Positions 49,332-64,000 of a stretch of 64,000 nt of DNA are shown here, in pieces. Below the pieces are notes generated by a model. It was not told the origin of the DNA. It saw only the letters and a program-made list of their open reading frames with translations, and made no database searches. The DNA comes from Eledone cirrhosa (Eukaryota), in the NCBI GenBank assembly GCA_964016885.1, contig OZ024741.1:389484001-389548000 (forward strand). Direction: 5' to 3'. A program made the translations under genes and the position numbers. Within the stretch, counting starts at the first letter, position 1; each line of letters begins with the position of its first letter.

Positions 49332-50591
49332 ATGGAAAAACAATTTAGTGAGAATCAAGTCCATAATGAAATAGAGCTTGATAATGATGATGATTCTACC
49401 CACCATACAGAACAGATATCATATATGTGTGGTATATGTGGGAAGTCATTTAAAACAAGAAGATATTTAACTAGACATGCACCTATTCACACAGATTCAA
49501 AACCCTATGATTGTGATATTTGTGGTAAAAAGTTCTCAAGAAATCAATCCTTATTTAACCACAAACGTATTCACACAGGTGAGAAACCATACCACTGTGA
49601 TATTTGTGACAAAGCATTCTCACAACAAAGTAATTTATTGACCCATAAACGTATTCATGGAGGAGAGAAACCATACCTTTGTGTTATTTGTGATAAAGCA
49701 TTTACCTCAAATGGTACATTATCTAAACACATACGTATTCATACAGATGAAAAACCATATGGCTGTGATATCTGTGGTAAAGCATTCTCTCAAAATGTTT
49801 CTCTATCTAGACACAAACGTATTCACACTGGAGAAAAACCTTACCTATGTGACATCTGTGATAAAACATTTTCTGATTTGAGTTCAATATCTAAACACAA
49901 ACGTACTCACACGGGAGAGAAACCATACCATTGTGATATCTGTGGCAGAAGATTCTCTAGTAGTAGTACTTTATCTACACATAAACGCACCCACACAGAA
50001 GAGAAACCATATCATTGCGATGTCTGTGGTAAAAATTTCTCACGGAATTGTTCTTTATCTATACACAAACGAATCCACACAGGAGAGAAACCATACCATT
50101 GTGATATCTGTGGTAAAACATTCTCTGCTAATTGTTCTTTATCTATGCATAAACATATTCATACAGGAGAGAAGCCATACCATTGCGATATCTGTGGCAA
50201 AAGTTTCTCTGGTAGTTATTCTTTATCTACACACAAGCGTATTCACACAGGAGAGAAGCCATACCAATGTGATATCTGTGGCAAAAGTTTCTCTGTTCAT
50301 TATTCTTTATCCAAGCACAAACGTGCTCACACAGGAGAACATCCATATCATTGTGACATTTGTGACAAAGCTTTTTATGATAGTAGTGCTTTATGCAAAC
50401 ACATTCGTATTCACACAGGCGAGAAACCATACCAGTGTGATATATGTGGTATGTCATTCTCACAAAATTATCATTTATCAAGCCATATACGTATCCACAC
50501 AGGAGAGAAACCATACCATTGTGATATCTGTGATAAAGCATTTTCTCGAAAAGATAGTTTATTGAACCATAAGCGTATTCACATGGGTTAG
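49332..50591 (+). CDS. Poly-C2H2 zinc-finger protein, 14 tandem fingers, short acidic N-terminus, no KRAB/BTB seen
   Basis: Repeated YxCDICGKxF-x5-L-x2-HKRIH with TGEKP linkers. 419-aa open frame. Confidence 0.93.
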   Translation: MEKQFSENQVHNEIELDNDDDSTHHTEQISYMCGICGKSFKTRRYLTRHAPIHTDSKPYDCDICGKKFSRNQSLFNHKRIHTGEKPYHCDICDKAFSQQSNLLTHKRIHGGEKPYLCVICDKAFTSNGTLSKHIRIHTDEKPYGCDICGKAFSQNVSLSRHKRIHTGEKPYLCDICDKTFSDLSSISKHKRTHTGEKPYHCDICGRRFSSSSTLSTHKRTHTEEKPYHCDVCGKNFSRNCSLSIHKRIHTGEKPYHCDICGKTFSANCSLSMHKHIHTGEKPYHCDICGKSFSGSYSLSTHKRIHTGEKPYQCDICGKSFSVHYSLSKHKRAHTGEHPYHCDICDKAFYDSSALCKHIRIHTGEKPYQCDICGMSFSQNYHLSSHIRIHTGEKPYHCDICDKAFSRKDSLLNHKRIHMG

Positions 50592-52038
50592 AAACCATGC
50601 CGCTGTGATATATGAGATATGATATCTCAGCAGGGTCATTTATTAGCCCACAAACGTTTATATAGGAGTGAACATACCTTGTGGTCTTCTTGCTCCTGTT
50701 TGAGGAATCTCTCCCAGGTTGACCTCCACTGCTTTCTATTTCATTTTGATCATGTCAGGGGTGTAGCCATACTCACCATGCTTGCTCAATTGCTGGTTGG
50801 TGGGGCTATATAACCCATAGTTAAGGTGGATGGCCATCGACTCTCAAGAATTCATTTGCCTATTAATCAATTATCTCAGCATAAATATATACAGGAAGTA
50901 AACAGTAACTCATTTGTAGTTCTTAAAAAGCTATTTTGTGAAAATAATTTAATCACAAAAGGATTATTATTATTACTATGAGAGACATCTCTAAAACCTG
51001 TTATGAAATATCCTTGGAAAATAGATTTATGCAGTAATTTGATGTAAAAAGAAAACAATAAAATATTCAGCTATAACTGTTACCACATTTGATGTTGTTG
51101 TAGTTTACATATGAGAGAAAAGTATCTTGCTATGGGACTAAAAATTATAAACAGCATGAAAAAAGAAGTTATAGCAAGGACAAGACAAACAAAGTTGAGT
51201 CCTTATTTATTTATTTAATCAATTTAAACGTTTGTATAGAGCTAGTAAACCATGACAGACAAGGGGGAGTATCTCACAGTTGAGAAACAAAAATACAAGA
51301 TATACAGAGATAAGTGCATATAAAAATAAAATAAGGAAGGCCAATGAGATGCAAAATAAGCATTAAAAAATGAGAAGCAAAGGAATATGTAAAGCAGCTA
51401 GGAGAGTCTGTTGAATCTTTTCATAACCTCCATGATTTTGTTTATAGCTGGTAGATCTTTTACCATATATTGTGGCTCCAATCTTGATATTTTTTGGATA
51501 ATCAGCTTCAAGATGTCTCTCAGATTGTTAATAGTAAGATGTAAGACTTGGGTATTACAACAAGCAGATGAACAAAAAAAAAAAAATCATTGCTTTTGAG
51601 ACTATTGAGTCTCCTGGGTGAGGTGACACAAATCAGAGAGGAGCTGAACATTCCAAGTAACTATTACAGTATATAAAGAAACATTAGCTAGGATATTTTG
51701 GTAATGTAATAAGGCATGATAGAATGGAAAATAAAGTTCTTGAGGTGCACATTCCCTGTGGAAAAGGGGCAACCAGAATGTATGTAGGGAAGGGCTGTCG
51801 TTTTTTTGTTCAATGTCGAAATCCAGAATAATTGCAAAAAACAGAAGATGGTATTGTGCTGGTGTGAGAGAAGATATGCTCAAAGAGAGTATGCCATAAT
51901 GAGAAATTTTCAATGAAAATATACACACGCACACAAATATAATCTTAACCATTTTGTACTCCTGGTTATACAATGCAACACTGTTTATATTTCTCTAAAA
52001 GCTTTTCATCATAATTTTATGTAAGAACATTTAAGTTA

Positions 52039-52232
52039 CCGTATATACTTGAATATAAGCCAAGGAATATGTGACCTAAACATCAACGGTAGAAGATGGG
52101 GGCTGCTTATATTCAGGGTCAATATATTGATGATTTTCACCAACTTCAAATTCTTATCTAAATAAGGTTTGGATTTTTGCCCATTTCTCAGACATAAAAT
52201 CGTAGGGTTGGCTTATATTCGAGTGTATATGG
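52039..52232. mobile_element. Tc1/mariner (Tc2/pogo-type) MITE
   Basis: TA|CCGTATATACTTGAATATAAGCC ... GGCTTATATTCGAGTGTATATGG|TA. Confidence 0.85.
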
Positions 52233-53149
52233 TATGTTCCAAACACCAGCTGAGAATTTTCAAAATTGTTTGGAAATTATATTATTTTTATTAGAAAGAG
52301 TTAAAAGGATTAAGGTTAGATGGGTTGAAGTGACCCATTTTGCTCATATATTGCTTATTTAGCATGGTTTCTACACCTAATGTCAACCACCTTACACAGC
52401 ATACTGGGTGTTTTTTTTCTTTTTGCGTGGAACCATCACTACTATTTTACAGTGTGTACTTGGTTTGTTTTTTTCATGGAACACATTACAGGGTGTACTT
52501 GGTGCTCCTTTTATGAACACTATTGGTTATGTTGCCTTGAAAGAACAGAGATACTGTAGGGTAATGAGTACTCTTTAGTCTTGCAAGAGGTAGTCAGAGA
52601 CAACTTTCATCCTCCTGGGTACATTACCACTTCTCTAGTGTTGGTGCCACAATAATAATGTAGCCAATACACTCTAAAAAGTGGTTACTGTAAGGAAGGG
52701 CATTCAGCTGTAGAAACCATGCAAAAAGTGGAATATACAAAACAAGATGTTCTCTAACTGGAAAGTGAATGTAGGTGTTGAACAGGAATGTATTCTTTCA
52801 TTCTTTTCAACATGTATCTTGTCACTGGAACACCTCTCAAGGTACGTCATACATGTGAATGATTGAATTCATGTGAGATATCACTTAGAATTTCTATCAG
52901 CTTTAAAACTCTGACGAAGGTCATTTATGAGCTGCAGTAATTAGACAACACTGCTGGTGTATCTTTCCATGCAGACAGTCTACAAGTAATTGCTGTGTCC
53001 CTAAATTCAGTATATTGGCAAATTGAAATTGAAGACCCTTACACAGCACTCTGCTTTTGAGCGTAATAACAATACACCTCCCACCAACATTTCTACCAAA
53101 AACCATGTCTTGGGAGCATCATCTCTAGTGATGTGAAGTTGACCAAGGA

Positions 53150-53410
53150 GCTTAATGGTTTCTGATTTAGGCCCAATGCCAACAATATTGGAGGGGAAAG
53201 ATGATTAAATTTACCCCAGTATGTTACTGGTACTTTATTTTATCAATCCCATAAGGTTAAAGGCAAAGCTAACCTCGGCAGGATTTGAACGCAGAATGTT
53301 AAGTGCCATAACTATATGCTGCAAAGCAAGTCCAAACTCAGAACATAAAGGGCCGTAACTATTTGCCGCAAAGCATGTCCGATGTTCTACCGTTACTGCC
53401 AATCCACCAT
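53150..53410 (-). mobile_element. tRNA-derived SINE
   Basis: Minus strand GGTGGATTGGCAGTAACGGTAG head, GTTCAAATCC B-box, GCCTTTAACCTTATGGGATTGATAAAATAAAGTACCAG core. Confidence 0.7.
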
Positions 53411-53414
53411 TCTT

Positions 53415-54930
53415 ATGAATAAAGGAGCTTTCTTTGCCCACTTATTCCTAAGAAGGTCATGGGGGCAGAGTCCTCAAACACTCCATCCAGCGGGTCTGTC
53501 AGAAACTGATCCAGCTGGATCCCCAAGCTCATGGATGTTATCCAACCATCTTGCTTGGGGTCTCATGGTAGGTTCTACCTGTAAAATCTGTCTAACGATT
53601 CTTTCTTGAGACATTCTAATCACATGCCCATAGTATCAGTGCTGTGATCTCTCAATTCGGAGAAGTAGCGGCTCTACCGAGAGTGACTCTGATCCCTGAC
53701 CTATGCACTTTATTGAGTAACATTACTCCAAAGACCCTTTAGAGAAACCCCATTTCAGCCACATGTATTCTTTCAGTCATTACCCAAGATTAATAGGTAA
53801 GGGTTGGCTTGAATGGCGAATTTGGCTTTTACACCTACCTCCCTTCTAATTATTGAAGGCTGAAGCTTGGTGCGGCGCTGAATGGCAGGAGGACCCCTTG
53901 GTTTAATCAAGAGGTCAAAGATGCCACCTGAGCAAAGAAGGAGGGCTACAAAGCTTGGCTTGGAAATAAGTCCTTTTTGCGTTTGCGGTACAAGCAGGCA
54001 TGAAGCATCGCAGCAGAGACAGTAAAAGCGTCCAAAGTTAAGACATGGGAGGAATTTGGAGTTAAATTGGAATCCGATTTTAGATTAGCAAAGAAAGTGT
54101 TTTGGCAAACCATCCACTGACTTTGTAATAAGTCCTCCTCCACACCTATCAGAAAAGTGTATGGGTTTCTCCTCTCTTCAGAGAGGTGTATCCTTGCAAA
54201 GTGGAGAGACTACTTTGCTGATCTACTAAACCCGATCACAACAGCATCTTCAGATGTACACAAGGTGCATCTGGGAGTGGTGACTAATTTCTCAGAGGCT
54301 GAGGTCACAAGAGCAATTAAAGAGCTCAAATGTGGCAAGGCCACTGGGGAAGATGAAATTTGGCCCGAGATGTTAAAAGCCTTAAATAGAGAAGGTATTC
54401 TCTGGCTGACTTGTGTGTGCTGGGTGGCCTGGATCTCTGGAAAAGCACCTAAGCAATGGCAATCGGGAGTGATAATCCCAATTTTTAAAAAGGGAGACAA
54501 GAGATTGTTCCAATTACAGAGGGATCTCGTTAAGCCGCCCTGGTAAAGTCTATGCTAAGTGTCTGGCAAAATGATGCAGGGAGATTGTTGAGTCCAAGCT
54601 AGCTGATGAACAGTGGTTTTCACTCCAGATGCAGTACAGCTGACCAAATATTCACACTGTGGCAGGTCTTCAAGAAATCGTAGGAGTATTGCCAAGAGGT
54701 ATATTCTTGTTTTGTAGACCTTGAAAAGGCATATGACCACATTCCTCGGGACCTGCAGTGAAGGAGTATGGAGTCGATGGTTAGCTACTTGCTGCCCTGA
54801 TGTCTTTATACGAATGCTTGAGAATTTATGTTCAGATAAACGATGCTAAATTGAAACTAATCAATGTGGGAGTCAGACTCCACCAAGGATGCATACTGTT
54901 TCCTCTCCTGTTCATTAATTTCATGAACAG
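53415..54930 (-). mobile_element. RTE-clade (Expander/Rex3-like) LINE with inverted 5' segment
   Basis: 53415-53860 (-) is the 3' part (AEMGF, EPLLLRIERSQ). 53880-54930 (+) is the upstream part (WEEFG, KATGEDEI, PIFKKGD, DLEKAYD, QGC). Confidence 0.75.
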
Positions 54931-55419
54931 GATAATAAAGAAGCTTAATAAAATCAAACAAGCCACTTTCTGTATTTAGGTGCCTGTGTGATCATGTCTT
55001 CTCAAATCATGACCTTTGCTTTTATACAAAGGTTTACTAAGCCATCTGTGTCTCAACTCTGTTGTATGGTTGCATAGCATGGACAAGGCACATAATCCAA
55101 ATGGATGATGTCTGACTGCTAATGGTAATGCTTTATGGTAGAACTGAGGGTCCTTGTCAATGTTGTGGTCCTAAGAAACATTGGAAAGAACATCTGAAGC
55201 ATATGCTTACTGCCTGTGCAATTCCTGCTTGAAATCTTGAAGGACTCGTGGCAGATTAGGTGTAGAGAGAGGAGAGTTGTCTATGTTGGTGTGCAGTTTG
55301 AAGCTGAAAGAATTAGGCACCAAGATGATCGAAGGTCAACCCGGCACCATTCTCAAATTCAGTTGCCCAGCAGTAACAATATGGTTTTCATTTACATCCT
55401 GCTTCTCCTTGCATCTATA

Positions 55420-55760
55420 GTGCTGGTGCCATGACTAAAAGCGCCCCTTGTAAGGTGGTCATGAGTGTGCCATGACTAATAGGCCACAATTCAACTGGTA
55501 AGGTGGTCATACTGATGCCATAACAAAAAGCACCCAGTTCACCTTGTAAGGTGGTTATGCTTGTACCGTGACTAATAAGCCACAATCCAACAGGTAAGGT
55601 GGTTGTACTGGTGCCACAAAAAAAGTTCCCGTCATATGCTGTAAAGGGGTTGGCATTAGGATAGAAAATGAAGCCAAAAGAAAGACATGATCACCTGACC
55701 TGTCTATCCTCATGTGGTAGCCCATCTAACCCATGCAAGTATGGAAAATTATGTGCTAAA
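55420..55760 (+). repeat. SINE/RTE-tail repeat with ~5 tandem ~45-bp subunits
   Basis: Recurrent GTGCCAT...GTAAGGTGGT units, then GGTTGGCATTAGG...AACCCATGCAAG tail. Confidence 0.6.
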
Positions 55761-56559
55761 CTAGGTTGCTCAATGTATCCTCGGTCAGGCTGGGGAGGTT
55801 TTGATGATAGTGTGGGTGATTATGCTGCTTACCAGGAAGTCAGGAGGGGGGGGGGCATCCCACCATGGGATAGGAGGCACCAGAGTATAAGTATGATTTG
55901 AAGCGTGTGCCTAACCTTCCGGGTTAGACAGGAAAGGTGAGTCAGGGATGTGAATGTAAAGGGAAGGGGGATATGGGTTGGATGGGGTGGTTAGAAGAAA
56001 GATATAGGGTGTGGTTAGATGGAAAATTGGGAGTATAATGGCAGGCAAGGACCTAAATATTCCACTTTGGGTTTAAGGTGGAGGAAGGTAGACAGAGGCG
56101 TAGTATATCCACAGGTGGTGGTGGAGGTGGGGATCATCCATGCTCATTGCATCCTATAAATATATATTTTTTATGTGTTGGTGACAACAAAAAGCTCCCA
56201 GTCCAACCTGTCAGTTGGTCATTTTGGTGTCGTGGTCCCAGTCCACGCTATAAATGTGGTTGGTTTTAGGAAGGGCATTCAGCTTTAGAAACTAAGCCAG
56301 AAACAGATCTGTATTAGCAAGACACAGTCATCTGATTTGACTTGTCTCACAACAGAACAGCTTGTCTAACCCATGCTTGCATGGAAAATAGATGTTATGA
56401 TGATGATAATGTCCCACAATACAATGTAGATTTGATTTCCCACTGAAATCAGTTTGAAACTGAAATGTTTAACAAAAAAAATCTGCAGTAGAAATAGAAA
56501 TAGCAACCACAATAATAGAAATAGCAGTAACATCAACGGCAGTAGAGAGAACCGCAACA

Positions 56560-57074
56560 ACTATAATAACAGCAATAGATATAACAACAATAATGATGAA
56601 TTTAATAACCCCTTGGAGAACCTGTTCTTCAACCCATCTGACAAAACATACAATATTTATCCCACTAAATTGTTGTTCAACAAAAGGGTCTGCATTCCAC
56701 ATCAGATAGACAATAAAAAAGAAGCACAGTTCACCATAGCTAGGAATAAACTTAGACAGATAGTGAAACAATATACTAGGAGACAGAACAGATTGGAAGA
56801 AAACCTAGAGGGCCTACATAGCCTCTTGCAGTTGACAAGGGATGGTGAGATAGTGTGTCTACCTTCAGACAAATCTGGCAGAATGTCAATAACAGCATGC
56901 CAAGCTACATCAAGGTTATACAACCCATCTCATCAACATGAGTGAAATAACACGACAAAAACATGAGGAAAGAAAAAGGATCCTCAATGCTCACATGATG
57001 ATGTGGTCTGACATCCTAAGACTAAATAGACACATGGCCAATAACTTCCAGGCCTCTAATAATGTTTTACCACA
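56560..57074 (+). mobile_element. PLE-like RT N-terminal remnant
   Basis: PTKLLFNKRVCIP...EGLHSL...GEIVCLPSDKSGR resembles the PLE pre-RT DK(S/G)G motif. Confidence 0.5.
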
Positions 57075-59297
<2,223 letters not shown>

Positions 59298-60149
59298 CTG
59301 AAATACATGAAGAGGATTTAAGAGATATTTCAGGGTAATAGAACTGATGATATATCAACAAGATATCTAGTATTGGTAAAGTTGATCTTTAGTCTTACAA
59401 ATGTCATTTCGTTACAGTTAGACATGTTCACATGTATACATATAACCCTGATATTTTGAAAGCAGTTCACTGCTGGTGTTACCTGTAAAGATAAATCTTT
59501 TTTCAAATTTTATCTGAAAGCCAATACAGATAGTGCAGTTCATAGAGACAGATGAAGCTCCTTCCAGGGATCTGGAGCTGACTTCCAGCCTTTTGTTTTT
59601 CATGCCACTACTCTCACTGACATTCCTTTTGTTTTGTGGGCTAAATGGTACTACACCTACTGACAAATTAAATTACATCTGAAACTGGCTGCCTTCTTGT
59701 TTTTTCTTTCCTGCTGTAATCCCCAACAAGGTTGTAGATGGTAAATAAGCACTGTACTGCTTCTGTGTCTTGCACCAAAATGAAGAAGTTTGTGTACATC
59801 CTGACCACATGAAATTATAATTGCAAGACGTTCTTAAAAAGAAACCATATGTAAGTGGTTGAACGTGTGTATCGGTGTGATATCTGAACGAGTATCCTCC
59901 ACCTTCAACTAACTTACCCTCTACCTCCTGGTCCCAGCTGACAGGATGGAGAACACATTTCTCTGGAGGACTGCAAGGGTGACATGCTACAACAACCACA
60001 CCACCATGCATAGCTCCCACCTGTGGACTGACAACTCCGCTCCAATAGCAGTGAGTAGGGGCCAAGAACACTGGAAGTCTCCATTATAAAACAACACTGT
60101 GACTATATCACATTAAAAAATAAAGTATTTACTTTTACTGCAAATTTTC

Positions 60150-60330
60150 ATAATTGTTTCTACTTTAGGCACAAGGCCAACAATTACCCAGTGTATTACT
60201 GGTACTTTATTTTATCGACCCCGTAAGGATGAAAGGCAAAGTCAACCTCGGCGGGATTTGAACTCAGATCATAAAGGGACGTAACTATGCTGGAAAGCAT
60301 AGCGTCCGACCCTCTACCGATACTGCCAAT
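60150..60330 (-). mobile_element. tRNA-derived SINE
   Basis: GAGTTCAAATCCCGCCGAGGTTGACTTTGCCTTTCATCCTTACGGGGTCGATAAAATAAAGTACCAG on the minus strand. Confidence 0.75.
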
Positions 60331-62254
60331 AATGATCTGTTGACTAGTAAGATACTATAAATATTTTAATTAAACCTGTTTTTAAATATTTTCTACTAAA
60401 TCCTTACAGGATGTTAAGAGTTAAATACACTATACATGCACTGAATGTAGGATTCAATATTGTTTGTAGAATCCAAATAATATTTATCAACCGAAGAGAT
60501 GATGAAGGACCGTGACAAGTGGAGAGATGCTGTGCTAAATAGGACCCGTCCAACCCTTGCAAGCAGGGAAAAGTGGACGTAACATGATGATGAATATGCT
60601 ATGTATGTTTGTGTACTACCCCAAGTATCAAGTACTCTGTTGAATAAGGTCTAACTAGTTTTAAACTGATTCTATCCTGATTTATATATATGTGTGTGTG
60701 TGTGTGTGTGAACTCTAAAATGTAAAAACACATACACACAATGCATTTCTTCTTATCTCAGTCAAGTTGCTACAATAAGAAATCTGCTTTCAAATCACTT
60801 GGTTCTCGATTCTAGCTGTTACGTTTGTTCCTGTATCTCCAAAGCTACTTATACATTCAATCCTGTATGTAGATATGTGCTAAAGATTTATGTAATTATA
60901 TCTGAGAAATAAATTATCATTCTTATCTTTAATCATTTCCATGTGTCATTATTCAACAAAAACTATATGGTTTTTCTTATGAAAAACAATAATTTATCAA
61001 AATGTAAATTTCCCAGTTTGTCCATATATAGCATACCAATCTTGAACTCCAAAAATGAAATACATTCAGTACTATTGCCATCATTGTTGACAGCATGGAT
61101 CCACTAGTTATTGATAGTGACTATCTATTTGAATTTTTGATACTGGCTTTTTAAAACTATTTAGTAATGTAAACTGTAAATTGTTATAAGGGAAAGTTAG
61201 TAGGTTGAGGTAGTCAACATAAAGGTAGGAGAATAGAAGGGTTGTGCCATGATAAAATGAACCCAGTACACTCTGTAATGTGGTTGATATTAAGAAGGGC
61301 ATCCAGCTCTTGTAACCTTGTCAGAAAGCATATGAATGGTATGTGGTCCATTAAACTTTGTCTGAGGACAGTAACTCTGAATAACAACTGACATGAACTG
61401 TGATGATTCTATGCTGTCATGGAGGGCATACATTCAAACAGCATGTGAAAAATAAAAACTATTATTTTCATTTATAGTTATATATACCCATGTATTACCT
61501 CTGCTATGAAACCATGTATTACCTCTATTAAATAACCATATTGCCATTAATATTTAAGCATATATTGCCTCTTATTCATATTTCTAGCGTAAGGAATTAA
61601 TTCATATTTGATGTTATTTACATAACTTCTTTTCTGAAAACTTGTCATATTAAACTACAAAACTATTTAATATATCAATGTTGTATGTTAATCCCATAAC
61701 TGTTTAGACATCATGCATCAAAGGAAGAATAATACCAATAGTATTAAAGTAATAGGTTTTATTTAAGTAAATACAATGATTTTTAATCCTGCTGAGATCA
61801 ACTCTGACTTTCATGCTTTTGGGGTTTCAGATGAGATGCAGTGGAATTTCAGATGAGATGCCTTATGGTATTTGATCTGGATCTTTACTTTTTAGTTCAA
61901 ATTTTGCTGTGGCCTACATAGGTGGTAGACTTAGTCTATCATCCTGTTTAACAGTACCTCCTGGTCCTTGGATGCCTCTAGTCGAGTCAGCCTTGTTGCA
62001 AGCATTTAGATCAGATCCCTGTTTCGAGGATACCTTCCTCCCTCCTTCTCACCAGTGAATAAGGCCCTGAAAAGAGCCATAAACACTGCTTTTAATTTCT
62101 TGACTGCTTTTAATTTCTTGAAGAAATAAAATAAAGAATATTTGTTCATGTCCACTTTGAACATTCATGTGATGCTAGCAGATAAAATAAACAACAAACT
62201 TCTAAAAAGCTACTCCACGTTATTTCAGTTAAGTTTTAATCATCTATCATTCCA

Positions 62255-62485
62255 TCATTTACTGCGAGAGGAGTCTAGTGGGTTATCTACAACAGAATCA
62301 TGAATCATAACAAATAAAGGGACATAAGTCAAAAAATCTAGAAGATCTAATGCATCCAGGTGCTGTAGTCTTGACTGCACTTCTTCTTCATGAGACAGGC
62401 TAACACCACCTGCTCTTAAGTCCACACAAAGTTGGTCAAGGGATATTTTGTTAGTGTCCAGATCCACATTACACTCCCATAATGT
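62255..62485 (-). CDS. Terminal coding exon of an uncharacterised host protein (possibly EF-hand-like)
   Basis: Acceptor TCTATTCTTTTGCAG|, 76 codons of complex non-repeat protein (LDQLCVDLRAGG...LDFLTYVPLFVMIHDSVVDNPL), TGA stop. Upstream exons not identified. Confidence 0.75.
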   Translation of the reverse strand, partial: TLWECNVDLDTNKISLDQLCVDLRAGGVSLSHEEEVQSRLQHLDALDLLDFLTYVPLFVMIHDSVVDNPLDSSRSK

Positions 62486-62523
62486 CTGCAAAAGAATAGA
62501 TGCATTACCATTATTAGCAATAA

Positions 62524-62740
62524 TAGGTAAATTGGCAATATCAGTAGAATGTCAGACATGTTTCAGGGCATAGAATTATGACCATTTCTGTTCTGAGTTC
62601 AAATCCTGCTAAGGTTAGCTTTTCCTTTCATTCTTACGGGGCTGATAAAATAAAGCACGAGTAACATACTAGGTTTGATTTAATCAACTATTCTCCACCA
62701 AAATTGTTGACCTTGTGCCTAAATCAGAAATCGTTATTAG
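62524..62740 (+). mobile_element. tRNA-derived SINE (3' part duplicated at ~62758-62840)
   Basis: TTGGCA head, GAGTTCAAATCC, CCTTTCATTCTTACGGGGCTGATAAAATAAAG core. Confidence 0.7.
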
Positions 62741-63315
62741 CAATAATATACTTGGCAAGTACTGGTGTAGATATAATCGACTTTCTCCTCCCCACCCTAA
62801 ATTGCTGGCCTTGTGCTAAATTAGAAACCATTATTATTAGCAATAGTTTTTGTTTTTTTAGGTCCAGCTAAATCCTGGTAAATAAGGTCTATGATGAAAG
62901 GAAATTCAGCTGCAACTATTCAATCCTTTTCTTATTGGGAAGGAAGCCAAAACCACAGGCTTTTCTTTAAGATGGTAGATGTAGTTTGAGGGTGATTTGG
63001 CTGCTATTTTTAGTAGGTTGAGCAACGATGTAGAGGCTCCCTCACTAATTTATAATACCTATATTTTGTTTACATATTTATACTAAATATCGACTGCATC
63101 AATCTCACCAGTCAGAAATATCCTGATAGTAAAGGGCACTGTCTTTTCCTCATTACTAAAAACTTCACAAGAATTCACTCCCTCCAAATTTGGCTATATG
63201 TATTGCTACTGACCTTTAAGCCAGTGTTTTTAAAACTTTTTTCTGTATTTCTTCATTTAAAAGTTCACAGTCCTGATTCTCCAACACACATGCACATGAT
63301 AAGAAGTACGTAGTC

Positions 63316-63490
63316 TTGTATACAACACAATTTATTATATAACACTAACAGCCTTATATCAAATTAACATTAGCAGCCTTGTATACAATAGATTTTATTA
63401 CATTATATTAAATTAACATTAGCAGTCCTGTATACAACACAATTTATTACATAATAACAACAACAATATATCAATTTAAGATTAACATCC
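63316..63490. repeat. ~50-60-bp degenerate tandem repeat
   Basis: TGTATACAACACAATTTATTA...AAATTAACATTAGCAG, about 3 copies. Confidence 0.6.
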
Positions 63491-64000
63491 TTAAAACCAG
63501 CGCTAAAAAAATCCATAAAAACAATAGAAATAATGATAAAAAAATGTTTAGCTGAAAAACAATTTCCCCACAAGAATCTCCGAAATTTTTTCTGGGATCA
63601 TGCAGTTTTCTCACAGGTTATGAATTATGGCTCTAGTCCATTGTTTCATAAAGTGGTTGCTGTGAGAAAATTTTGAAGTTAGGGTTAGGGTTAAGATAAT
63701 TTTTATGGAAATAAACTGTAGAAAAGGGTGTTTTAAAGGGCCAAGGTAATGCAAATGAACAATAAATGTTAAAAATAACAATAACAATGTTATTGAACTG
63801 TTAACTGTGGCGTTTGAGACTTTCGGTGGAGTTGGGCCGCTGACAGTGAAGTTCTTGTCAACACTGGCAGTTCACCGTACTGAGGTGTCAGATGATGCCT
63901 GTGAAGGTACCTGGTTGTTTCAGTGCTTTAGCCTCGCCATAACCCATGATAATGCTGTGAGTGTGTTGGCTTGCCTCAAGTGTCTTGTAGTTAACTCCCA

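Noticed and set aside
49657-50598. Alternative-frame and antisense ORFs over the ZNF
   Set aside because: By-products of the 84-bp finger periodicity.
59673-60071. 132-aa ORF as protein coding
   Set aside because: No recognisable motifs and a non-ATG start. At most a non-coding exon.
63677-63695. Telomeric TTAGGG repeat
   Set aside because: Only about two units, internal, followed by ordinary sequence.

Overview
Eukaryotic, AT-rich, repeat-saturated animal DNA. The SINE types, abundant (TA)n/(CA)n/(AAT)n tracts and single-exon poly-C2H2 gene point to an octopod cephalopod (inference). Host genes are few: an intact 14-finger C2H2 zinc-finger ORF (49332-50591, +), an inverted pseudogene paralogue (58348-59297, -) and the last coding exon of an uncharacterised protein (62255-62485, -). 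The rest is mostly mobile DNA. This includes a 13-kb block of two Tx1-like and two Dong/R4 non-LTR elements strung on (AAT)n, several Penelope-like elements (PLEs) with four hammerhead ribozyme loci, two tRNA-Trp-primed Gypsy-type LTR elements, RTE, CR1, CRE and Ingi/Vingi remnants, Helitrons, MITEs and SINEs. The most notable observations are: (1) a 32-nt tRNA-Trp primer-binding site whose only mismatch is at tRNA position 58 (m1A), plus reiterated LTR-end/PBS units; (2) a ~654-bp non-coding hammerhead element (retrozyme-like); (3) a PHD finger inserted in-frame inside the RT of an RTE family; (4) a Tx1 and a Dong element fused 5'-to-5' inside one (AAT)n site; (5) ~97% identity confined to the 5' UTRs of the inverted ZNF pair. 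All alignments were done by eye. Boundaries without TSDs are approximate.
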